Shown here: piece by piece, positions 8,677-15,926 of the stretch | How positions within the stretch are numbered: the first letter of the stretch is position 1 | Layout of the letters: each line of letters opens with the position of its first letter | Assembly: GCA_041640655.1 (NCBI GenBank) | Contig: JBEPZV010000052.1 | Location: 1 to 15,926 of the forward strand | Length of the DNA stretch: 15,926 nt | DNA from: a bacterium | Lineage (GTDB): Bacteria; Acidobacteriota; Blastocatellia; HR10 | Direction: 5' to 3' | Program-made: the position numbers and the translations under genes | The notes under the pieces: model-generated | What the model saw: only the letters and a program-made list of their open reading frames with translations | Databases searched by the model: none | Told to the model about the DNA's origin: nothing

Positions 8677-9381
8677 ATGTCCCAGCGGGGGATCATCGCC
8701 ATAGATGGACCGGCCGGGTCGGGCAAAAGCACGGTGGGCAAGCTCCTGGCCAAGCGGCTCGGTTATCTCTACATGGACACAGGCGCCATGTACCGCGCGC
8801 TCGCGTGGAAAGCGTTGAGTCTGGGGATCCCCCTCGATGATGAGGCGGCGCTGACGCGTCTGGCCGAGCGCGTGCGCATCACCCTCTCCGGAGATCCCGA
8901 CGCCATGCGCGTCGCGATTGACGGTCAGGATGTGACCGATGCCATTCGCGCTCCGGAGATCAGCCGCGCAGCTTCCATCATCGCGGCGATCCTTGGCGTG
9001 CGCCGCGCCATCGTGGCCAAGCAGCGAGAGATGGGGCGGCGCGGGCGCGTCGTGCTTGAAGGACGAGATACGGGGACCGTGGTCTTCCCCGATGCCGATG
9101 TGAAATTCTTCCTCGATGCGCGTCTTGAGGTGCGCGCCCGACGGCGTTTCGAGCAAGAGCGCGCGCGAGGGAGGGAGATCTCCTTCGAGGAGACACTTCG
9201 CGAGACCGAAGAGCGTGATCGCCGGGATGCCGAGCGCTCCGCCTCACCGCTCCGCCAAGCGGAGGATGCCGTCTACCTCGATTCCTCCGATCTGAGCGTA
9301 GAGCAGGTCGTCGAGCGCATGCTGGAGATCATCCGACAGCGGATGCCCTCGGCATCCTCCCGCGAGCGGGAATCGACGTGA
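8677..9381 (+). CDS. cmk: Cytidylate kinase
   Basis: P-loop 'IAIDGPAGSGKST', 'DTGAMYRA', 'EGRDTGTVVFPDA' and 'RDRRD..R..SPL'. The start may be GTG 8668 or ATG 8677. Confidence 0.95.
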   Translation: MSQRGIIAIDGPAGSGKSTVGKLLAKRLGYLYMDTGAMYRALAWKALSLGIPLDDEAALTRLAERVRITLSGDPDAMRVAIDGQDVTDAIRAPEISRAASIIAAILGVRRAIVAKQREMGRRGRVVLEGRDTGTVVFPDADVKFFLDARLEVRARRRFEQERARGREISFEETLRETEERDRRDAERSASPLRQAEDAVYLDSSDLSVEQVVERMLEIIRQRMPSASSREREST

Positions 9382-9459
9382 ACCCTGCAGGCGTCAGATG
9401 CCGTTCCACGGCTCGCGCGGGGCGCGCTCCGTGACCGATGGCCTTCGCCCCTGATGCGT

Positions 9460-10089
9460 TCACGTCCCTCGTCCGCCCGATCTCCTGAACACTCGAGGGA
9501 AGAACCGCCCCGTGAAGCGGGCATATGCCTGATACGTATCGCCATAGCGCGCGCTGAGGGCGCATTCCTCGGCGCGCGCCCGCTGCATGTTCCCGATGAG
9601 CGCGACGATGAGGCTGAGGAGAAAGAGTCCGCAGGGGACGAGCAAGAAGGTCCCCAGATAAAGGGCGTGCAGCCCCGTGTACAGAGGATGTCGCATGAAG
9701 CGATACGGGCCGTGTTGAATCAACCGATGCTCGGCGATGATGTGGGGACGAAGGCCGAAGGAGGGTCCCAAGGAGAGGGTCGCCCATAGGATCAATCCGT
9801 GACCGAACAGGAGCAACCCGAGTCCCGCGCGCGGGAAGCAGAGCGCCGGGGAGAGCGTGCGGAAGGGGAACGCCGTGGGGCTCGCCGCATACCCTGCGGA
9901 GCCGAGCCACCACCCGGCGTATCCGAGAAGCGAGAGCGCGAGCCCCATCGTCGGCGTGTCAGCCCCTGCGATGACCGCCTTCGTCCATCCGCGTTGAGCG
10001 CGCCGGAGGAAGCTCCATGTGGCGATCCAGAGGATGCCGTGCGCGCTCGCACTGGCGGCGAGGATCATGCCGATTGCGTTCGCCTTCAT
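9460..10089 (-). CDS. Isoprenylcysteine carboxylmethyltransferase (ICMT/Ste14/PEMT)-family membrane protein
   Basis: Several hydrophobic segments plus the family motifs 'LIQHGPYRFMRHPLYTG' and 'EE..L..RYGDTYQAY...TGRFFP'. Confidence 0.85.
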   Translation of the reverse strand: MKANAIGMILAASASAHGILWIATWSFLRRAQRGWTKAVIAGADTPTMGLALSLLGYAGWWLGSAGYAASPTAFPFRTLSPALCFPRAGLGLLLFGHGLILWATLSLGPSFGLRPHIIAEHRLIQHGPYRFMRHPLYTGLHALYLGTFLLVPCGLFLLSLIVALIGNMQRARAEECALSARYGDTYQAYARFTGRFFPRVFRRSGGRGT

Positions 10090-10102
10090 CTTGAGGTGGG
10101 GT

Positions 10103-12877
10103 TCACGAGCATCCGGTCGTCCCCCCGCAATTGAAGCAACGGTAGCAAGAGCCGTTCCGCACCATGATGGCGCCGCAGTCCGGACATGCCGGGGCGTCCG
10201 CTTGATTGATGTAGGTATCGCGCGCGCCGAAGGTCTCCTTTCGATCCTCCGGCGGGGGCGCTTCGGCGGCGAGCCGCGCGCGCGCTTGGGGCGTCAACAC
10301 GCCCAGTTGCGCCTGCGTCTCCGCGTCCAGGAACTGCGAGGCGAGCCAGCGGAAGATGTAGTCCACGAGCGACTTCGCCACGCGGATCTCCGGATTCGTC
10401 GTCACGCCCGAGGGCTCGAACCGCATGTGGCTGAACTTCCGCACGAGCACTTCGAGCGGAACGCCGTACTGCAACGCGATGGAGATCGCCGTCGCGAACG
10501 CGTCCATCAGACCGGAGATCGTGCTCCCCTCCTTGGCGACAGTGACGAAGATCTCGCCGGGGCTCCCGTCTTCGTACATGCCGACGGTGATGTATCCATC
10601 GTGGACCGATCCATCTTGCGTCATGATCGTGAAGTGGTGCGTGATCGCTCGACGCGTGTCCGGCAGCCGACGTCGAATCGGGCGGCGAGACGCTTCGATG
10701 GCGGATTCGATGCGCGCCTCCCCCGATGGAGAGGCGGCCTCTTTGGAGCTCTCCTTCTCGCCCGCGCCTGTCGAGAGCGGTTGCGTGCGTTTGGAGCCGT
10801 CGCGGTAAATGGCGATGGCTTTGAGTCCCATCTTCCACGCGTCAATGAAGAGCTGTTCGATCTCCTCCACGGTGATGTCATGCGGGAGATTGCACGTCTT
10901 GCTGATGGCGCCGCTCAAGAACGGTTGCACGGCGGCCATCATCTTCACGTGGCCCATGTAGTGGATCGAGCGCTGACCGTTAGCCGGGCGGAACGCGCAG
11001 TCGAAGACCGGCAGGTGCTCTTCCCGCAGGTGCGGGGCGCCCTCGATCGTCCCGCGCTCTTCGAGATAGGCCATGATCTCGCGGATCTGCCCCTCCTCGT
11101 ACCCCAATCGGCGAAGCGCTCGCGGGACCGTTTGATTGACGATCTTGATGACGCCGCCGCCGACGAGCTTCTTGTACTTGACCAGTGCGATGTCGGGCTC
11201 GATCCCCGTCGTGTCGCAATCCATCATGAAGGAGATCGTCCCCGTCGGAGCAAGCACCGTCACCTGCGCGTTGCGGTATCCGTAAATTTGCCCCAGACGC
11301 AGGGCTTCCTCCCACACCTCGTGCGCGGCCTCCAGGAGATCCTGCGGGACCAGCCGCGCGTCAATGCGGGCGAGGCTGTCGCGATGCTTGCGAATGATGC
11401 GCAGCATGGGCTCGCGGTTGAGCGCGAATCCGGCGAAGGGCCCCATACGCTCGGCGATGCGCGCCGAGGTCAGATACGCCTGCCCGGTCATGAGCGCCGT
11501 GATCGCCGCCGCATAGGCCCTCCCCTCCTCGGAATCGTAGGGGAGACCCCGCGACATGAGCAGGGCGCCGAGATTGGCGTAGCCCAAGCCCAATTGGCGA
11601 AATGCGGTGGCGGTGTGGGCGATCTTCGGGGTCGGATAGCTCGAATTCCCGACGATGATCTCCTGCGCCAAGATCATGACCGAGACCGCATGCCGGAAGG
11701 CCTCGATATCGAATTCCCCGTCGGGGGTGAGGAATTTGAGGAGGTTGAGGCTCGCCAAGTTGCACGCGCTGTCGTCCAGATGCATGTACTCAGAGCAGGG
11801 ATTGCTCGCGTTGATCCGTCCGCTATTGGGACACGTATGCCAGTCGTTGATCGTCGTGTCGAACTGCAGGCCCGGATCGCCGCACTCCCAGGCCGCTTGC
11901 GCGATCTGCCGCAAGATGTCCCGCGCGCGATGCACCTCCAGGACCTCCCCCGTGGTGACGGCGCGCAGCGGCCACTCGCGATCCTCGAGCACCGCCCGCA
12001 TGAACTCATCCGTCACGCGCACGGAGTTATTGGCGTTCTGGTACTGGATGGAGATCCAACCTTCGGAATCGAGTGAGGACATGTCATATCCGGCTTCGGC
12101 CAGAGCGTAGGCCTTGCGCTCCTCCTTCGCCTTGCACCAGATGAATTCGAGGATGTCCGGATGATCCACATTGAGCACGACCATCTTGGCCGCCCGCCGC
12201 GTCTTTCCCCCGCTTTTGATCGTCCCCGCGATCGCGTCCGCTCCGCGCATGAAGGAGACGGGGCCCGACGCTCGTCCCCCCTTCGAGAGGTATTCCTTCG
12301 AGGAACGCAGGGGCGAGAGATTGATCCCCGATCCCGATCCCCCCTGGAAGATCTTGCCCTCGGTCTTGTACCACTCCAAGATCGACTCCATGTTGTCCTC
12401 AATGGAGAGGATGAAGCACGCCGAGCATTGCGGCTGCGGCTCCACCCCGACATTGAACCACACGGGGCTATTGAACGAAGCCATCTGATGCAGCACGAGA
12501 TAGGTCAGTTCCGCGCGAAAGGTCTCCGCGGCCTCGACGGACGCGAAGTACCCGTCCTTGATCCCCCACTCGGTGAGCGTGTTGACGACGCGGCCGATCA
12601 ATTGGCGCACGCTGGATTCGCGTTCGGGAGAGCCGAGTCGCCCGCGGAAATACTTCTGCGCGACGATGTCCGTGGCCAGTTGCGACCAGAATGCCGGGAA
12701 CTCGACGTTCGTCTGCTCGAAGACGACTGCGCCGTCGCTGCCCAGGATCCGCGCGGTTCGGCGCTCCCAGGCGACTTCGTCGAAAGGATGAACACCCGGG
12801 CGCGTGAAGAACCGTCGAAGCCACACCTCACCAGCATATCCGAGAGACACACCGCCGATCTCCTCTCGCCTCTGCAT
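10103..12877 (-). CDS. nrdJ: Class II adenosylcobalamin-dependent ribonucleotide reductase with TSCPD-like and C-terminal Zn-ribbon domains
   Basis: ATG 12877 follows SD AAGGAGG. Motifs 'FNSPVWFN', 'QCSACFI', 'SGGKTRRAAKM', catalytic 'ASNPCSEY', 'APTGTIS', 'AISKTCN', 'YRDGSK' and C-terminal 'CPDCG...CYRCFNCGGTTGCS'. No ATP-cone or intein is apparent. Confidence 0.96.
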   Translation of the reverse strand: MQRREEIGGVSLGYAGEVWLRRFFTRPGVHPFDEVAWERRTARILGSDGAVVFEQTNVEFPAFWSQLATDIVAQKYFRGRLGSPERESSVRQLIGRVVNTLTEWGIKDGYFASVEAAETFRAELTYLVLHQMASFNSPVWFNVGVEPQPQCSACFILSIEDNMESILEWYKTEGKIFQGGSGSGINLSPLRSSKEYLSKGGRASGPVSFMRGADAIAGTIKSGGKTRRAAKMVVLNVDHPDILEFIWCKAKEERKAYALAEAGYDMSSLDSEGWISIQYQNANNSVRVTDEFMRAVLEDREWPLRAVTTGEVLEVHRARDILRQIAQAAWECGDPGLQFDTTINDWHTCPNSGRINASNPCSEYMHLDDSACNLASLNLLKFLTPDGEFDIEAFRHAVSVMILAQEIIVGNSSYPTPKIAHTATAFRQLGLGYANLGALLMSRGLPYDSEEGRAYAAAITALMTGQAYLTSARIAERMGPFAGFALNREPMLRIIRKHRDSLARIDARLVPQDLLEAAHEVWEEALRLGQIYGYRNAQVTVLAPTGTISFMMDCDTTGIEPDIALVKYKKLVGGGVIKIVNQTVPRALRRLGYEEGQIREIMAYLEERGTIEGAPHLREEHLPVFDCAFRPANGQRSIHYMGHVKMMAAVQPFLSGAISKTCNLPHDITVEEIEQLFIDAWKMGLKAIAIYRDGSKRTQPLSTGAGEKESSKEAASPSGEARIESAIEASRRPIRRRLPDTRRAITHHFTIMTQDGSVHDGYITVGMYEDGSPGEIFVTVAKEGSTISGLMDAFATAISIALQYGVPLEVLVRKFSHMRFEPSGVTTNPEIRVAKSLVDYIFRWLASQFLDAETQAQLGVLTPQARARLAAEAPPPEDRKETFGARDTYINQADAPACPDCGAIMVRNGSCYRCFNCGGTTGCS

Positions 12878-13057
12878 AGGTCGCGTCCTCCTTTCCTCGT
12901 CGTTCCTCGCGCACAGCTTTGACGGATCGGTCCTCGCCTCGGCCGGGACACAGCCCCGCCCGAGGGCCTCTGGGGGAAAAATCCCCCCATCATCTTGAAC
13001 GTCCCTCCTTTGATCGCGGCGCCGGTCGAACCGCTTCTGTCCGGCGCGACGGCCCCT

Positions 13058-13086
13058 AGTGTAAGCACAATATCCTGGCTTGTCAA
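13058..13086 (-). promoter_or_regulatory. Sigma70-type promoter of nrdJ
   Basis: On the minus strand: TTGACA (13086-13081), 17 nt, TACACT (13063-13058). Predicted TSS near 13051. Confidence 0.8.
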
Positions 13087-13111
13087 GAGAAAAGATCACA
13101 AGATGTTGTGG
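13065..13111. promoter_or_regulatory. Tandem NrdR boxes
   Basis: GCACAATATCCTGGCT (13065-13080) and TCACAAGATGTTGTGG (13096-13111) resemble the consensus acaCwAtATaTwGtgt. They start 31 bp apart and flank the -35 element. Confidence 0.8.
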
Positions 13112-13207
13112 TCTCTCTAACCGGCGCCGCCTCAAGGGGATGCCGTCTCGCCGGGGCGAGGCCCTTGAGGTGTCCCCTCCCGAGAGACTCGGGCGCTCCG
13201 ATCAGCT

Positions 13208-13236
13208 TTGCCAGAATCGGGCGAATCTGCCACACT
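13208..13236 (+). promoter_or_regulatory. Putative promoter of rnr
   Basis: TTGCCA (13208-13213), 17 nt, CACACT (13231-13236), with an extended -10 TG. Confidence 0.5.
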
Positions 13237-13276
13237 AAGGATTCGCCGCCATATGGCGCTCGCCCGGAGCCTCGGC

Positions 13277-15559
13277 ATGACGTGGCGTGTGTACGCGGAA
13301 CTGTTGGACGTGCTGGAGCGGACATCGCCCGGACGGAGCAGGCGCCCTCGACGGTCGCCGCGAGGATGGACGCTACAGGAGTTGGCCCGTCAGCTCTCGA
13401 CGAGCTTTCCGAGAATCCCCAGGCGCGAAGTGGCCCGTCTGGTGCGAGAGCTTGTGGCGCTTGGCGCGCTCATCCGACGTGGGCGGCGCTATCTCCGTTC
13501 TCCACGCGCGATCTTCGTCGTGGGGACATTGAAGCGACATCGGCGAGGGTTCCTCCTGGTGACGCCTGAGGGAGAGAGCGCTCGTCAGAAGTATGGGGAT
13601 ATCCACGTGCGCGAATCGCACGCCGGGATGGCTCTTGACGGAGATCGCGTGCTCGTGCGCGTGCTCGGGCGATTGCCGGCGGATGCTCCGGCGCGCGCTC
13701 ACTGCACGTGGGAGGGGCGCGTTGAGAGAATCCTGGAGCGCGCTCAAGCGATCGTGGTCGGGCGTTTCATGCGCACGCCATATGCGGGGTATGTGCTCCC
13801 GCTCGATGAGCGCTTCTTGTACGAGATCGAGATCGCGCCGGGGGAGGCCCTGGAGGCGGAGGACGGACAGATCGTCGCGGTCGAGCTCCTTCGCTCTCCC
13901 ACGGCGCACCATCCACCGGTCGGGCGCATCGTCGAGATCCTCGGGAGAGACGGCGATCCCGGCTTGGATGAAGCGATCGTCATTCGTAAGTATCGGCTTC
14001 CGTACCGCTTCTCCGAGAGCGCGCTCCGAGAGGCGGCGGCGCTCCCCGATTCGGTCCACGATCGCGCTCTGTGGCGAGAGCGCCTCGCGCGGGATGAGCT
14101 GAAGCGGCGCGATTTCCGCGGATGGGTGACGGTGACCATTGATGGGGAATCCGCTCGGGATTTCGATGACGCCGTGAGCGTCGAGCGCTTGCCGGATGGA
14201 TCGTTCCTGTTGGGCGTCCACATCGCCGACGTGAGCGCTTACGTGCCAGAGGGAAGCGCGCTCGACGTCGAAGCCCGCGAGCGCGGCACGTCGGTCTATT
14301 TCCCGGATCGCGTCCTGCCCATGCTGCCGGAGAGGCTCTCGGAAGACCTCTGCTCGCTCAAACCCGGAGTGGATCGCGCGGCGCTCTCCGTCCTCATGAA
14401 GATCAATCGGCGTGGGGATCTGCTGGCGTACGAGCTGTGTCCGAGCGTGATTCGGAGCCAGGCGCGATTGACCTATACCTTCGTCAACGAGCTGCTCAGT
14501 GGGCGCATCGTGCCTTCGGCGCGGGAGGCGTGGTGTCCGAGCGGCAGGCTCGAATTGAGCGCCGAAGCTTCCTTCGCGCGCATCGCCGACGCCCTGAGGA
14601 CGATGGCCGAGTTGGGACAGATCTTGATCGAGCGGCGGCACAAGCGCGGCGCCATCGCCTTCGATCTTCCGGAGCCGGTCGTGCTCTTCGACGATGAGGG
14701 GCGGATCGGTGGGATCATCCGCGCGGAGCGGAACCTCGCGCATCGCCTGATCGAAGAGTTCATGATTCTGGCCAATGAGACGGTCGCTCGACATCTCGCG
14801 CGAGGGCCGATGCCCATGATTTATCGCGTCCACGAGCCGCCGGAGGCGGAACGCGTGCGGGAGTTCCTCGCCCTTGTGAAGGCGCTCGGCTTCTCGGTCC
14901 CGCGCCAGGGCCTTCGCACGCCGCGCGATTTCCAACATCTCGTGCGTCAGTTCGCCGAGCGGCGCGAGGGCCGCGTCCTCTCGCTGATGATGTTGCGCTC
15001 GTTCCGACCGGCCATCTACTCGACGGAGAATCGGGGCCATTTCGGCCTCGCTCTGGAGCACTACACGCACTTCACCTCGCCCATCCGTCGCTATCCCGAC
15101 CTGGTCGTTCATCGGTTGCTCCGGCGAGCCCTGACGCGACCGACGGCGCCCGTGCGTCCGAAGGAGCGGGAGGCTCTGGAACGGATCGCCGAACATTGCA
15201 CCGAGCGCGAGCGCCTCGCGGATGAGGCCGAGCGCGAGATCCTCGCCTGGAAGCGAGCGCGCTTCATGGCCGAGCGGATCGGCCAGGAATATGAGGGGAT
15301 CATCGTCAGTGTGAAGGAGTATGGGTTCTACGTGGAGTTGGAGGAGGTCTTCATCGAGGGCTTGGTGCATATCTCGACGCTCACGGACGATCGGTACGAC
15401 TTCGATCCGCGGCGGTACGCTCTTGTGGGGAGGCGGGGGAAACGGCGATTCCGCTTGGGCGATGTCGTGCGCGTGCGCGTCGCGCGCGTGGATGTGGATC
15501 ATCATCTGGTGGATTTCGTCCTGGTGGGGATGCCGGAATCCAGAAGGAGGGCTTCGTGA
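13277..15559 (+). CDS. rnr: Ribonuclease R (VacB/RNase II family)
   Basis: N-terminal HTH-like region and cold-shock OB folds ('GFLLV', 'ALDGDRVLV'). RNB catalytic motif 'TIDGESARDFDDAV', 'IEEFMILANE', 'YTHFTSPIRRYPDL' and a C-terminal S1 domain. Start is ATG 13277 (GGAG upstream) or ATG 13253. Confidence 0.93.
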   Translation: MTWRVYAELLDVLERTSPGRSRRPRRSPRGWTLQELARQLSTSFPRIPRREVARLVRELVALGALIRRGRRYLRSPRAIFVVGTLKRHRRGFLLVTPEGESARQKYGDIHVRESHAGMALDGDRVLVRVLGRLPADAPARAHCTWEGRVERILERAQAIVVGRFMRTPYAGYVLPLDERFLYEIEIAPGEALEAEDGQIVAVELLRSPTAHHPPVGRIVEILGRDGDPGLDEAIVIRKYRLPYRFSESALREAAALPDSVHDRALWRERLARDELKRRDFRGWVTVTIDGESARDFDDAVSVERLPDGSFLLGVHIADVSAYVPEGSALDVEARERGTSVYFPDRVLPMLPERLSEDLCSLKPGVDRAALSVLMKINRRGDLLAYELCPSVIRSQARLTYTFVNELLSGRIVPSAREAWCPSGRLELSAEASFARIADALRTMAELGQILIERRHKRGAIAFDLPEPVVLFDDEGRIGGIIRAERNLAHRLIEEFMILANETVARHLARGPMPMIYRVHEPPEAERVREFLALVKALGFSVPRQGLRTPRDFQHLVRQFAERREGRVLSLMMLRSFRPAIYSTENRGHFGLALEHYTHFTSPIRRYPDLVVHRLLRRALTRPTAPVRPKEREALERIAEHCTERERLADEAEREILAWKRARFMAERIGQEYEGIIVSVKEYGFYVELEEVFIEGLVHISTLTDDRYDFDPRRYALVGRRGKRRFRLGDVVRVRVARVDVDHHLVDFVLVGMPESRRRAS

Positions 15560-15926
15560 CAGAGAGGCGCACCGCGCTCCCTCACGGAACATCGGCGGAA
15601 GGTGCGTCGCGTCTGCGGGCGCTTGTCCGGCGATGGCTTCCGGCCGTGATCTGGACGGGCGTGGTCTTGGGCTTCTCTTCGGATGCGTTGGCGGCGGCGC
15701 AGACCTCTCGCGTGCTCCTGCCACTGCTTCGCATCGTCTTCCCTTCGGCCGATCCGGAGACGCTCGAGGCGCTGCATCGGGGATTGCGCAAGCTCGCCCA
15801 TGCCGTCGAGTATGCCATCCTGGCGGCGCTCTACGCGCGCGCCGTGAGCGGGCGGTTCCGTCTGGAGGGAGGCGCTCGAGAGGTGCTCCTTCGTCAGGGG
15901 GGGCGCATCTTGCTCGGAGTCGCCCT
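15556..15926 (+). CDS. VanZ-family membrane protein, 3'-truncated (absent from ORF track)
   Basis: GTG at 15556 overlaps the rnr TGA (GTGA) and follows SD AAGGAGG. The translation includes 'RWLPAVIWTGVVLGFSS' and the family motif 'LRKLAHAVEYAILAAL'. The frame stays open to the window end. Confidence 0.85.
   Translation, partial: MTERRTALPHGTSAEGASRLRALVRRWLPAVIWTGVVLGFSSDALAAAQTSRVLLPLLRIVFPSADPETLEALHRGLRKLAHAVEYAILAALYARAVSGRFRLEGGAREVLLRQGGRILLGVA

Noticed and set aside
7441..9156. 571-aa minus-strand ORF antisense to ltaE and cmk
   Set aside because: Shadow ORF crossing two recognisable genes, with no motifs of its own.
10019..12076. 685-aa plus-strand ORF antisense to nrdJ (also 12161-12922)
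   Set aside because: Antisense shadow with R/H/D/G-rich composition and no domain signature.
10103..12877. Intein or intron in nrdJ
   Set aside because: Conserved motifs are contiguous at the usual insertion sites (e.g. SNPCSEY), and the length is normal.
12878..13051. Cobalamin riboswitch upstream of nrdJ
   Set aside because: No B12-box or other conserved core of the known riboswitch is recognisable by eye. The region is retained only as an unclassified structured leader.
12878..13135. 86-aa N-terminal extension of NrdJ in the ORF track (possible ATP-cone)
   Set aside because: It runs through the promoter and NrdR boxes and lacks ATP-cone motifs. A strong SD supports ATG 12877.
13373..15724. 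783-aa antisense ORF over rnr
   Set aside because: Shadow ORF on the strand opposite a well-conserved gene. It has no recognisable motifs, and such ORFs are expected from high-GC codon bias.
1..15926. CRISPR arrays, IS elements, prophage, tRNA/rRNA
   Set aside because: No regularly spaced repeats, transposase or integrase motifs, or RNA-gene signatures. Recognisable CDSs cover nearly the whole window.

Overview
High-GC bacterial chromosomal window of mostly housekeeping and metabolic genes. In order: a 5'-truncated TolC-family outer membrane protein, a GT2 glycosyltransferase (WaaE/KdtX-like), and a minus-strand operon of 2-oxoacid:ferredoxin oxidoreductase alpha and beta plus an alpha/beta hydrolase. 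Next come a divergent hemW-ltaE-cmk operon, a minus-strand class II B12-dependent ribonucleotide reductase (nrdJ) followed by an ICMT/PEMT-family membrane methyltransferase, and a divergent RNase R gene with a 3'-truncated VanZ-family gene missing from the ORF track. I see no mobile elements, CRISPR arrays, tRNA/rRNA genes or clear novel defence system. Points worth a second look: (1) an extra ~78-aa PepSY-like C-terminal domain on the oxidoreductase alpha subunit; (2) an nrdJ promoter bracketed by tandem NrdR boxes, followed by a ~175-nt structured leader containing a second SD plus ATG; (3) a candidate 38-aa leader peptide upstream of the oxidoreductase; (4) an apparently leaderless hemW; (5) a possible RNA-to-dNTP recycling cluster (rnr, cmk, nrdJ). 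All calls come from motif recognition only, with no database searches.
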